NCBI GenBank assembly: GCA_051294905.1
Contig: CM119372.1
Location: 17,982,001-18,046,000, forward strand
Direction of reading: 5' to 3'
From: Botryllus schlosseri
Taxonomy: Eukaryota
Length of the DNA stretch: 64,000 nt
Shown: in pieces, positions 49,601 to 62,863 of the stretch
How positions within the stretch are numbered: the stretch's first letter is position 1
Layout of the letters: every line of letters starts with the position of its first letter
Program-made: the position numbers and the translations under genes
The notes under the pieces: generated by a model
The model's database searches: none
What the model saw: the letters and a program-made list of their open reading frames with translations, nothing else
Told to the model about the DNA's origin: nothing

Positions 49601-52600
49601 AGCTACAACAACAATGGGTTACGAGTTCGAGTTCGACTCCGGAAGACAGGATTCAGGCGAGCGAGAGCAAGTTCCTCCTCGCCAAGTCGCCATCACATTT
49701 GCTTAAGTGGTGTCTTGCGAAAGCCTAGAACGAAAGTGGGCCGTACTAGAGGTCGACACGTCACGAATTTATAATAAAGAACTATCGTCCTGTCCTGTCT
49801 AAACACCATTTTCGGCGTGAGTTACATCGTTGGATTACCATTGCACATTTCATCTAAGGGCACTGTCATTTCAACAAAACAGTGCCACGCCACACCCCAG
49901 ACGGAATAACTGCGTACGGGAGAGTGTAAAACTCCCGCGGCGGGATATATAACGGTGGGACAACAGCGCGCTCCAGCTTTGTATTATATCCGTATTTAAA
50001 TGTGACGTCACAGTCGATAACATTGACAATTGAAATATATGGTAGTATAACTACTTTAACTAAAAAAAGCTTCCGACCCGTCATAAACGGACCAAAATAT
50101 CTTCAACCAGGACGACACCGTTATACAGCATTTTATACTGTCGGCGATCATCATTATCAGATCACTCATTCTGTACCAATGATGTATGTTTACGCGCTAT
50201 AGTCGTAGTTTTCGAGGATTCCAACCATTCCATATCGTATACGTCGACTATATTGGGTGCATATCGTCCGTAGGCTCATACTACCTATTTTTTCGGAAGT
50301 ATTTACACAATTATGACATACCGATATAACTCGACACAAATTGTGATCAGAGTGAAAACCTAAGATTGCCGGGTTGTATGTAATGTGACATATGAACAAT
50401 TGGACATGCTGGACATTTGCTGTCTCGAGGGATCAGTATTTACTTCGAAGTGTTTCCCAATTAAAATTTCATCTTTTGATGGATACGCGCTAGATATTAC
50501 GATCATCTATTCATGTACTCATCCCGGGCCGCATGTTTGACATCCCTGGCGTAGAACATGAAAGATCTAACGTTAACAAAGAAACCATCCAATTACGTGA
50601 ACAAATCGATCGGCGAGCGGCGATTCCGGGTTCAGCAGCGAGCAGATCACCAGCGCCCCGGCGTTGATCATCGGATTGTGCGGCTGCTCTGCGCAACAAA
50701 TCACAGCTCGTCAAGAACAGCTCCGGTTGGCAAGTCGAAAGAAATCTGAGACTTCACCCTTGTCGTTGAGCTTGATCTCGTTGAACATATGCCCGCTAGG
50801 TTCCTTCCCGACGCGGTCGTGTACTCGCTGCGACGTGTGGTTGGATATCGCCACCGCGTACTGAAACGGCTTGATGCACGACTGCATGCAGAACGGCACG
50901 TTCGCGTCGCCTATTTCTATCCTGCGAGCGAACGACGAGGAAGCGTCAGACAGAGCGCGCGACTGTGCCATCCAGATTTGCACAAACTACCAATTTAGTT
51001 AGCTGACGGTTAGGTAACGACTGGTTTTACGACGCACATTAAAATGAGTTTTTTGCCGAACCGAAATTGACTCCCAGTCAGTTGTGTTAGAGTTACTTGG
51101 CTGCGGAATTTGAGAGGTCGTTAGTTCTAGTTGCGCACTTTGACAATAGTAGTTTGTACAAGTCTGGTGTCGTCACAAATGCGGCCTTACCTCTGCCCGT
51201 CGACGGTGCACAGCGCCATTCCAAAACGGCGCGGGTCCTCCTTCGCCAGCTGGGGAATATAATTGGCGAGCTGCATTGATCAAGGGGCTTCGGTTACAAA
51301 AAGGCACGCTACGGAAGAGCTAATCGTGCGTAACAACTTGCCGGTGCTCAACTACTTTCACGATCGTTTCATTGCAATAAATTGCGTCTGTAGTCTACCA
51401 TTTACGGGAGCATTACAAAAATGTCGACATGACACGCATGGCCCAGTTGCATTTACATTTTTATTTGTAAAAGTGATGCAAGGATATCTAAAATTACTTT
51501 CCATTTTACAAAATCCTAAGTGTTAACAGTTTGTAGGCAAAAAAGTAAGTAGTTTTGCCTACAAACTGTTGAGTAGAAGTACCGGTAGTCTAAAAACACA
51601 ACACCTTTAGTAAGCAGTAGATAAAGCCTACTGGGTTCACCGAAAAAGCCGAAGAGAGAGCCTTTTTACAAAAAAAGGGATGTAACAAAGGGCATTATGT
51701 CACGTGGGTAGGTTTCTAAAATGAGGAATTGTTTCCCAGGCTAAGAGAAACTTCTTCTCAGACGCAATGTTGACTTCAAATATGATGTAATGTGACATCG
51801 TAATACATCCTTGTCATCAGTTGATTTCCAATCTCAATACTTCCTTGACCCAGGGAGGCCATCTCGCTCAAGCTATGTGTGAATGTGTCATTTGCGGATA
51901 ATAGTGATGCTAGACTGATCAACGCAAAACTCTGAAAGAGTGTTGAACATATGGCGTGTATTGATTGGTTAAATGGTTATATAATATAGCTTCAGATCAA
52001 TGAAACGGAGTTCTAAATTGTACATGGCACCCACGTACAGTTTACAATAAACAATATCATATGGCAACAGCTTTCTCAATCAGTAAAGTTGTGTTGTGTA
52101 TCCTTGGATATACAATGACTAGAGTACACTACACAGATTTACTGAGAAATCTACACCGCGACATGACACAAGAATCATCAGATTTGTAACCAATTGAACA
52201 ATGAATGTACACACACCTTTCCCGATTGGTCGGGTTTGATGTAGTCGAAGATGGTCTTTATTTTCTCACTAAACCTTGCAAAGTCAGGTATGATGCATTG
52301 TCGAGATAGCGCTTTAGAAATAATCGCAAAACAACGTGGATTGCCCAACAACCTAAACAAATCAGCATAAAAGCAACGTAGTAGGAATCCGAGAAGGTCT
52401 GTTCGAGAGACTTAATTGCATATCGACCTATACCAAAGAATATATTACTGATCATAAGATATTAGACACACATTTCAAGTCCCAACCAGTTGACATAACA
52501 GCTCATAAAATATATACCGTACATTTCAACTAGTCAAGTTACGAGATCATAGCATTGGCGTAAAACTTTTACGATTCAAGTACTGCATGTGAATTTCGAA

Positions 52601-54717
52601 AGTATACTATTTACAACAGTAGCAGTAACAGCCAATAAACGACGTGGCATTTCTCATTACCGTTGGAGCTCGTCTTGGTTGCAATAGTCAGGATGGAAAT
52701 CTGAATGCCTTCGCTCCTTTTTCAAGATTTCAATTTCATTGCGAAAGCTTGCCAGTCTAGGATCTGTTTTCCACAATATGCCGTACTGAGATAACGCCTA
52801 AAATTAAGGGTGAGAAAATAATTTCAGTAGACTCCAGATCATAATGTCAATCCTCAGGGCATTTTCTCATTGGCACTAAGACACAAAACTCAATTCATGG
52901 TCACCAAAAATTTCATATTTGATTGTTGGACAGAGCATGAAAAATGCTAAATAAAACATTGAACAGAGAATTTGACCTTTGTACCGATTCAGTAATCAAA
53001 TATCGTCAAATATTTACACATAATATACTATATTATGAATTTGTAATGTGGTTAAAGCAAATATGTAAAGGTTCGGTAGAATTAGAAACATTGATCCATT
53101 TACTAATTGAAAAATTACTTTTTTGAGCCGATAAAAGACCTTTTTCTCACGACCTATTCTGTATTTTAAAATTGATGTTACTAGGCAAGACATATAGGCC
53201 TACCGTATCAATTTTATTAAAATAGATACTACCTCAACAATTATTGGCAGGCTACCCTTCAAAAATGCAACAACAAAATCTCACACAATTTTTCTGACAA
53301 TATTATAGACATTCTAATGAAAAAGGGTTAGGTAGGCTATTTCTTCATGGGGTGAGGTTGTATTGGTTGTCAGTTTATAAGTGTTCAAGAGTAGCTTACA
53401 TAGAGTTCATAGCTCTTGACATCTGCACTCATATATGTGAAATTTTCATCAGTTATTGCGTAATATTCACCAACCCAGGCATTTACATGACATTGAATGA
53501 TCTCACTGATGTCAGTTCCCTTAATCATTTTCATAGATATGGAGTCAAATTTATAATTGTTACTGTGCGTATACAGCGAAGGTGTATAATTATGGGATAA
53601 CTTATTAGTGTAGGCTACATCTGGAATGGAGAAGTATTGTTGCATAGCTAAGGAATCGGAACTTTCATATCTGACATACGGTCAAGAGATTAAATACTGG
53701 TACAGTGCAAGAATGAGGCCTTACCCTCAGGCCGCTACATGTCCACTGAACAAATACAGGTGACATTATATTCAAAAGACAGCAAATGAATATCACAATA
53801 TATAGGCCCTATATAGACTTGGGGAATTGAGATGATGCATCTTCATATTGACCGATATTCGACTACCTTACAAGTCAATATAAATGTGAAATACTAATAT
53901 AATGCTGTACGCCACTCGATTACAAACCTTCACGTGTGGTAATCAACCCACTAAACAATAGCTTATCAAAATGATGATAGATGATAATGTTGCCACACAG
54001 CTATTTTGTCTTTGAATTTAGAACAATAGGAAATTTTAATGAATTACATACAGTGTAGTGAAGGTTTGGCAAGCAAGCAGCAGACAATACCAAGTTATCA
54101 ATTGGAAAACCAGTGCCTACGCTTTACATTAAAGCTTTTATCTTATTCTGAGCCTCAGATATTTCTTCCAGATATATGGCATCTAGGCTCTAATATATTA
54201 TCTGTACACATGTTTAAATAGTGTCACTTTCATTACACATGCATTGTATCTGTATCATCACGTGGGATCTTGTGACATATCAAAACAATATCTGCTGTGA
54301 TATGAGTCAAGACATATCAATAATGTATGTTGGACGTATACTAATAGGCTAACATGCTTATTATAAAATATTATCTTACTGCTTGTAATGCAGGGATTGA
54401 CATTTCATGTGTATGGTTTAGAAACATCTTGAAAATGGTATTACATGCATCAGTTTTAGATTGGACCAATCCACCATATTCTCTGTGTTCCTTGGTATGG
54501 AATCTGTTACAGGAAATGATAACGTTATATTAGATACAAACAGAAAATCGACATAGTGCCCGCTGCCAAGCACTTAGTACAGAGCTTGTAGAACTTACCC
54601 ATGTGAGAATGCATTTGATTCATGCCTCTGAGTACTGGGAGACAGAACTTTATGATTCAATCTCAATATACCACGGCAACCATAGCGGCATATCCCCCGA
54701 GCAGTAGCAATTGCCAT
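46655..54717 (-). CDS. GLS: Glutaminase, mitochondrial (kidney/liver-type family), 498 aa, 12 coding exons, no ankyrin repeats
   Basis: Exons 54717-54599, 54503-54380, 52797-52661, 52352-52217, 51270-51191, 50921-50758, 50688-50597, 48964-48839, 48782-48552, 48481-48382, 47662-47538 and 46717-46655 are all GT-AG and in frame. Motifs: [21 protein letters not shown], catalytic [49 protein letters not shown]. The Arg-rich N-terminus resembles a mitochondrial presequence. The first two exons and the last exon are less certain than the core. Confidence 0.95.
46889..46919. mobile_element. 31-bp TIR-only micro-MITE in the last GLS intron
   Basis: CAGGGATATCTCGAAGTTCTAGATATCCCTG, TSD TGCGGAAT/CGCGGAAT. 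Confidence 0.75.
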
Positions 54718-56473
54718 ATAGTTTCCAGATACCAGTGTTCGGATCTAGATCCTACAAACAACGCTTTCACTCCACAAAATGTAATTCCAGGTTATATTGA
54801 GTAGATACTTTGTAACAGATCTGTTCAAATTTGCCGCGGCATGCAAATCTGAAATACGATAACCACCTGTTTACATTTGCCCTTGAGCTAGTTAAACAGT
54901 ACAGTCAGTATGCGGGCTAAGTAATGGGCGAAACATGTAAACTAGAAGTAGTAATGTAATGTCACACCACGCTAAATACACTCCACATATGTCTGCGTAC
55001 GAGAAGTACGCGTCTCCGCGAAGACAGCAACGAAACGAGTCCGATTCGATTGAGCCAGAAACTTCTCATCAGGTAGATCTCCCTGCTTTATATATGTGAG
55101 AGAGAGTGAAGGCATACGCCCACAACCCACCCACCAAAATTGTATACTTAGAATGCCTTACGAAGGTCAGCGAGGAATCACTATGGAATATTTCATTAGT
55201 CACATTCAATGATTTCATCAATAGTTTTCTATGATTTTATCGATATAGGAGTGAGAACAAAACTGAAAAACGCAATTATGCCAGTGGAGTCCGCAGTAAT
55301 CATACGTATTCTAACTAGTCGGCCCTCAAGATTACCGTATCACAATCTGATATATCGACCTCGCCTACCGACACAACACATGCCGTATTCGTTTTCGTCG
55401 CTTCCTTTTATATTATAGTTTCTTAAATCCAATGTGCATGCCTCTTATCTGCATGCTGTAAAACAAAGTAGGTGTCTGATTAAAAACTACTCCACTAAGT
55501 CGTTTCGGCACCCTCAGTTTCCAGCTCTTGACAGCCCATGAGATCGTATTTATTACTGCTTGTCACAACTACTTACTCACTTGAGTGGATTTTGCCGTCG
55601 CTACTTCTACTTGAAGTAGTTTTGGGATGCTTTCAAAAGGAATACTTCTACTCGTTCTTGGGTAGAATTTAGTGTCACTACTTCTACTTTATTGACTACT
55701 TTGTACTTTTCATTATATCGCAATATTGCAGTGTATTGATTTGATCAGTATCAGTTGACATGAAGTCAATGAATAACGGTACCAAGTTTTCCTCGCTACA
55801 CGCCGATCGTCCGTAGGCTACTCCGATTGGAACTGATGGGTGCTGCCACTGCTGCGTCCTAAGACTGATCGACCCTAAACTAATTCTTTCCTTCGAGACC
55901 TAGGGGGACCATATAGGCTACGTTCTCCTTTAGGAGGATTTGCCTTCCTTTTTTTCAGGAAATTGAAAACGTCCTGCGAGGATACCTAAATGTCCTCCTT
56001 TACAGCTTTTACAACTAGGAGGCTAATGCACACGCACAGTGTCAACTGAAAATCGGCGTCAAAGACGCGAAATAGGTAATGCGGACGTTCGAGTGGGTTA
56101 GTTTTTAGGCAACACAACAAGATCTCCAGTGAATATTTCGAAATCAGCTGTTTTCAATTTCGATAAACAGACTTTTATGATTTCTAAAAAGTGTCCTTCT
56201 TCTCCGGATTCCCAAATATGATAACCCTAAATTACCTCCATCCGCACTTCAAGTAGCCTATCTCAGTGCTCTTCAACCGGGGTGGTCGTACACCCTAGGG
56301 TGTACCAGAATTTGCAAAGGGTGTTCCACTCGGATGGGGTGTACAGGGGTGTACCAGATCCGAATTACAATGAGCCGATGGCTAGCTATCACAAAGGCAG
56401 GTTTATGGGTCAGTACAGGTTGACGCAAAGGTTAATGAGCAATATGGTACGATGTTATCTCAAAGGTAATACT

Positions 56474-56512
56474 CGGGGATATCTAGAACTCCTAGACTTC
56501 TAGACATCCCTG
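56474..56512. mobile_element. 39-bp TIR-only micro-MITE
   Basis: CGGGGATATCTAGAA...TTCTAGACATCCCTG, flanked by the direct repeat GGTAATACT. Confidence 0.7.
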
Positions 56513-56646
56513 GGTAATACTGTACACCGCTTGATTGTGATGTCATAAGCAGATATTTCTCCTATTCATTTAGCCGTCGGCAATATACCAATGGTTAGGT
56601 TTGGTGTTGGAAAGTATGCAGTTAACAAACATGTGTTCAGCTATAG

Positions 56647-57954
56647 CAGGGGTGGGCAATTATTTTACTCCGCGGGCCAAATGAGAAGTAGAAAATACGT
56701 TGGCGGGCCGAGTGGAAATTTTTAGCTATATTATCCAGTGTGTTTCAATTTCTAAATTATATTGTTATTATATGCTGCTCAGTGTTGATGTTAGCTAATG
56801 AGAAAGTGGCGGTTAATTAATGAAATAGCTAGCTGTCGTCATGATTCGAAACAATGTTAAATATGATACGTTTTTAACTCTTTTTAAACCCCTATCGACG
56901 TTCTTCTATTAAGAAACTAAAACAGTTGTTCTCGAACTTATTTTAGGAACGCCCCGCTTCATGATAGTGAAAATGTTCACGCCCAATCCAACGGATGGTT
57001 TAATGCCATGGAAGGTTTTAGTTGTTGATGAGGGAATTCTATAATATCAAATTTGGACAATACACAGAGCAATAACTATACTATGAGCTTGGAGTAAATC
57101 GCGCGGGGCACGAAAAAAAAATACATTTAACTTCGGTTTCGCGCCTCCCTTCAGATGCTTTCGCGGCCACCAGTTCGAGAGCAACTGCACTGAAATGTAT
57201 ATGGGATAGTAGGCTACAAAGCTTGGTCGCTGTATTCCGAGTAGTGTGCAGCTCGAATAGCCTTGATGTTGAGCGAAGTTTGCAGTTTTCCTGAAGTTCG
57301 CCCTCTCTTGACCGAGAGATTTGTGTTTTTGTCATAATTCAAACCCTTACTTCCGCCGACATGATTGGCAAAAACTAAAATGACCGGTCTACCCCTAACT
57401 CCAGTATACAAATATTAGTGCGCTAAACCCTCTATGAATTTCAGCTTTCGATTTCCTCTTTTTGACATGAATAACTTTCATCCTTCATGGGTGATAGATA
57501 TTAGGTATGATGATGATGATGAGTCATATAGCAGTCGCGAGCACTGATTGACTGGTTTTACCAACTACAGATTTGGAAACAGCTCACGTTACGATTTGAA
57601 ACTCGTACCGTATAATGCGTAATGTGACAATCGCAACTAAGAAGGTTTGACCTAAACTATGGAAAGAGTGATTTCTTATGGATTTAATTGTTGCTCATAC
57701 TTTGCCACAATGCCTTTATTTTGAATCTGGAGTACGCATGAAAGGTATGTAGGAAGCGTAGTCGTGACATATTAATGAACAGGCTTCAAAGCAAACGAAT
57801 TGTCTGTTTATTTGATACAGCCTAAATTTTAGTCCACGCATCATCATTAAAAAAGCAGGTTGTATGTTAAGAATTCCAAGCAACCTTTCGCGGGCCGCAC
57901 AGGATGGCTTCGCGGGCCGCATTTTGCCCACGGGCCGCACTTTGCCCAGGTCTG
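56647..57954. mobile_element. hAT MITE nested in 56264-58846
   Basis: Ends CAGGGGTGGGCAA / TTGCCCAGGTCTG, GCGGGCCG subterminal repeats, exact TSD AGCTATAG. Confidence 0.85.
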
Positions 57955-60732
57955 AGCTATAGTCATTTGTCTTTAAGTTATTTTTGAGGAAACCGCCGCG
58001 ATAGCTCAGACTTCTTGAATCGGTACTTCCTACCCGGCGTTAATAAATACCGCAAATCACATGAATGAAGTGACGTAGCCAGCCAGGGTCGAAACAGCTT
58101 CCATGTTGAAATCGAAACCCTTTTGTTTTAAAATGCCGATTTTATATCCAATCTTTCGCCATACATTTGCAATTTAGTATTTTGTTATTAGTGGTGCCAA
58201 TTAGCGACAATAGACTGCGTATAGCGGCATACGATCTGAGGTTAGGCTACTGACATCTCTTCCAGCCCATGTGCTACTATCGACTGTGTGTGGTGTGAAG
58301 CAGGCCTGATACGCAGTAGGCTGGTGCGCCTGCTATCATCGCTGATCTGAATTACCGCTTCTGCAGCAGTAGCTTTACTTACTTTCTCCCCAATACTGTT
58401 AAATTTAGGTTGATTATCGTTCGTAATGTCATGCTGTTTTGGGGCTGACACGAAATAAATTCCAATTTGCGTGGCGGGCAGCCTAACTGGCTGCGAATAA
58501 ACTCTGTGACCAAATACTATTTTATTCAAATCCATTTTTTTTGACGGCAATAACTCCGCTTCTACTGGTTGGAATTGAATCAAATTTGAAGAACATCATT
58601 TTTATAGACAACAGAAAAATTTAACATTTTTCGTTATTTATTTTTATATAATAAAGACGGCTACTGGTTGGAATTGAACCAAATTTGGTGTGTAGGCTTA
58701 AGTTAGGTAACCTAACAATTTTATCAAGTAGCCAGTACGATTTAAGGAAAAAAGTCATTTTTGAAGACCCCTAATGAACAGGGGTGTACGAGTTTTGAGC
58801 AAACGTTAAAAGGGTGTACCACGTCGAAAAAGGTTGAAGAGCACCGCTATCTCATATGCTTCAAGGAACCCAGCTAAATCATAATTCTATTTTCCAAACC
58901 GCCACCGGTTGCCAGTGAATTCGGCATAATGTAGGTTGATAATATTGCAGTGAAAGCGATGCATCGATGGTAAGTCAATATAGTTAATTCGCAAATGTAT
59001 GTTACACTAAATGCGAGCGTGAATAGTTATACGGAGATCACGTAGGCACGGCGGGTGAATGCGCGCAGTTCACCTTTCGAGCATGCATGGTCGAATCGGT
59101 TGGGGACCGCCGCCCGTATCTCCAACTGCGCACGTAGCTGGTGTGAAACTGATTGACTGTGCCGAATTAACTGGTAATCCCGTAACCACGACACCAACCA
59201 CACTGGACTAAGTATAATTTACATTGGTTTGATATCTCACTTCCTCTCTCGCTGTCCGGTGGTCTTCTTTACATTGCTGTATTTCGAACGGCTGGTTGCT
59301 GCGTTTCTTAAAAGCAACGGCTTTATTGTAATTGGTTTTGTCAAATTTGATACTGTTTGTTATACCAAGGGGACGTGATTGTTTTTCGCCGACTAGAACC
59401 GATCTCCAGTGTACCTGCATGTCAGGAGCTTGAAGTTGACACAGAAAAATGATCACAAGGATAAATGATACGCTGAATTTATTCCATTAAATCAGATATT
59501 AGCATGCAACAATACTGTGCCAGAAAAAATGATTACAATCACCTATAGTATAATTCGTTGATGAAAAAAAACATTGCAAGTTATGTGATGTAGTACAGGG
59601 CGAATACCACACTTGAAACGATGCTTGGGCGGATAACACAACAACCAGTGAGAAAAATCAGTAACAGTACATTTATATATTTTTGCATGTCTTCAAAGCA
59701 GGCAGGAATTCTGGAACATATCACACCACTACACCTGGTAAAAATCTTGCGAATACTGGATAACAAATTTAGACTGCACTAAAAGTGTCAGTTTAGATGA
59801 AATCAGTAACCAAAAATCACTTGTTTAAGAAAAAATAAACGCAAGGCACATCGCTCCAGTGGAAAATAGACGAATTTCATCGCTATTCAAACAAAATCAA
59901 CTGTCTGTGACAATAATCTACAAAGCCATCCGCAATTAAGGGGACCACTTATATGGCAATATTCACGATTCCAAAGGCAAAGGGCAATTGTGAGTTTGAA
60001 AAACAGGCAGTTTTGGAAGGTAACCAGACAATATCGAGAAAAAAAATATAATCAGCTTCAGCAATACAGATATATCCGCATAAGTATAGTAGTCTAGGAA
60101 AAGTTAAAGCAAAAAAGACGACCACGACAGTAGATAAAATTGACTTCTTTCAAACAAATACAGTTGCATTCTCATGTCATATGGCAAAAAGAAATGAAAA
60201 AAAATCTCAGAAAGCCAAAGATCACACTAATCGGAGGCAGTAGACAAAATGAAAACCGCTTCACAAAAGGCAACCCCGTTGAACGGTTAAGGATGATGTA
60301 AACCTCGAAATGAAAATGCTTCCAGCATAAGAGCGTGGGGTTGATAATTCAAACTTCATATTCAGCAAATCATTAATCAGAACTCGATGAACGTTAAAAA
60401 AAATTATAGTTTCGCGAATCATGATACTTGAAAAACTATGACAAGTCTTGACTAGGTATTGGAGTTTACAGAGTTGAGCAAGGTAGGGGGTATTTCTTAA
60501 CAACAGTAGTAATCGTAATACAGTCCATAATCAGTGATTTCATAATCCAGTGCTGGGTCAAAAACCATGAATTTATGTACAGTTTGGTGTGAAAGAAGTC
60601 ATAACAGAGGAATACAATCAAGCATCAGTGTGAGAAAGCAATAAATCTCTGTGAATCCAGTATTACCGAGTTAATGTGTGTGAAAATGTTATCATAAACT
60701 TTGGGAATAGCATGCACTTTCCAAGTACGATC

Positions 60733-62863
60733 TTAGTGTTCCTCTTTCTCGAAGATCTTCAGAGTATACCTACAATGAAAATGAAAAGACGGTAATGTTA
60801 AATTGTAGTGTTGTGACGACACGGTGGAATGAGATGGAGTGGATCGATACAAATTTTCAAATACGCGCTGACTTCACCTGTAACTGAAAAATGATCTAAT
60901 ATGTACGGAAACTAATCAATTAATACGTTTACTCAATTATAATCCCAACCACCACATAACTTTTTGCCACAGTCACAACTACAAGAATAAGGGTAAAAAA
61001 TTGTAATAATCACTGCAATTAAATTTTTCAAATGCTTCGAACGTTTTCAATTAAAATCAGAATTACTTTAGGATTACTATTACAAGGGCTAAAATTGTGA
61101 TATGACATCGAAATATCATTAGGCCTACTTGATAACATTTCAATTAAAATCATGAGTACTTTATGATTCTTTTCTCATTTACATTTACATTTTCCATAAT
61201 TATAATTACAAGGGCTAAAAAAATTATATTTAATTTCAATTTAATCTTTATTGATTAGTCTGAACGAAAATTGGAAAAATCGTGAAACACGAGTACACAG
61301 CCTACCATTCCAGCTGTGACTTTGAAAAATCATAATCCCTCAGGTCGATCATCAGCTGCCCCATCAGAGCCTTCTCGGAGGAAAGCAGTCCGGTTTTATT
61401 CTTCACCGCGATGTCGAGTCTCTGCTCCCGTACTTCGGACCTCTCCACATCAAATTCCAGCCTGGAAAATTGCTTGATCAGACCAATTCGTTGCGAATGT
61501 GGGGCGTAACGGGCAGATGGAAATTTATCATCAGGATTAGCGGCAGGCTCGGCGATAACAGCATATCGTTAGGTGTGTTACATGCAGAGGACAACTCAAG
61601 TAGGGTTTAATTACTTGGGCTGCTTGCTCGAGTTATATTTGTAAACTACTTCTACTCAAAAATGTTTTGGGATAGGTTTTCATCAGTTTTATGAGTGAAA
61701 TTGCCACAATGACCAGTCAATACAGCTCTCATATCGCTGAAACTGAATACATTAATTCGAAAATTGCTTGCAGTGTCATTAGTCGGGTCTTGCAAATCCG
61801 AAAATAGCCACAAATGAACTGCTAACAGTATGTGATCGCTAGACCAAACCTATTCTTCGAGATAACTATATTAGTATCTTTCAGATCTACATTTTCTACT
61901 AACACTGGAAATAGTTTTGACAAGTCTTGGAAATCACTAGCTCTTCTTGTAATTGAGTAGAAATTTACGGCGTCAGGTCAACTGCTACTTGAGTACCAAC
62001 GCTACCTTCTTTGACCACTGCCGATTAGATGTCTGTTTTCTATAGCGAACAGAATAAGCTCTTTACTATACACTGTATAATATATTTATTGGCCACGTCT
62101 ATGAAGATAAAAGCATTAGACATCTGCCGTCGATAAGATATTGCTATTAAATTGCGTTGGATGGTGCTTTGAATTGTAATTTGAAAATATTGTGCTAATG
62201 GGGGCAGATGCCATTTTCAGGTTTGATATCTGAAAGAGTATAGGTCTAGTCATATCATTACGGCTTAGATTTGGAAGGAGAGATGAGAATCCATTTTACA
62301 TCAGACTACAGAAGGGGGCTGACTAAAGCATATTATTCACCAAATAAACGCTATATCATCACTATGTTAAAGACAATGCAGCAACGCAAATTTGGAAGAT
62401 ACACGGAATCTCATAGCAGTGATCTCTGATTCCAATAATATTTGCCTTTGTGACTGAACAATGGCAGTAACGTTTTTACAGCTTAATCGAGTGCAAACAA
62501 GTACTGCTTTTTAAATGACAGGCAACAATAAAATGTAACGGAGTAAATGAGGTACTTTGTGGCCATTTATGACATAAGGCGTAATACGAAACCACTGACA
62601 TTGTGGATCTGAAAATAATCAGGTGTTCTCCTTCGAACGGTGACACAATGGATGTTAAATATAATCTTAGTTTACATACAACCAAAGTCTGTGACACGAA
62701 TAGTGACACAGGAACTGATACTCACGTCTCTTTGAAGATTGGATTTAGATCGTTTTTCACCACTTTGGTCTTCTTCTTCTGGGTGCTCCTATGACGGCGA
62801 TGAAGATAGATTCTGACGTAGGGATCGGAAGTATTATTGTCATCGTCACAGACAATTAGATTC
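60733..62863 (-). CDS. ESYT: Extended synaptotagmin (ESYT2/3-like), final C2 domain; 3' partial, gene continues beyond the window
   Basis: Exons 62863-62726, 61461-61306 and 60769-60733 are GT-AG and phase 2. Translation NLIVCDDDNNTSDPYVRIYLHRRHRSTQKKKTKVVKNDLNPIFKETLEFDVERSEVREQRLDIAVKNKTGLLSSEKALMGQLMIDLRDYDFSKSQLEWYTLKIFEKEEH* matches the E-Syt C-terminal C2 domain (SDPYVR..KT..LNP.F..LD.AVKN..G.LS..W.Y.L). Confidence 0.88.

Larger units (their letters stand above)
56264..58846. mobile_element. hAT-type element carrying nested insertions
   Basis: Ends CAGTGCTCTTCAACC / GGTTGAAGAGCACCG with GGGTGTAC subterminal repeats; flanks share CTATCT. Confidence 0.7.

Noticed and set aside
53610..53765. 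Plus-strand open stretch with AG/GT-like ends inside a GLS intron
   Set aside because: No recognisable homology and no partner exons.
59200..60730. Several 60-80 aa ORFs
   Set aside because: They lie downstream of the ESYT stop codon, most likely in its 3' UTR, and have no protein motifs.
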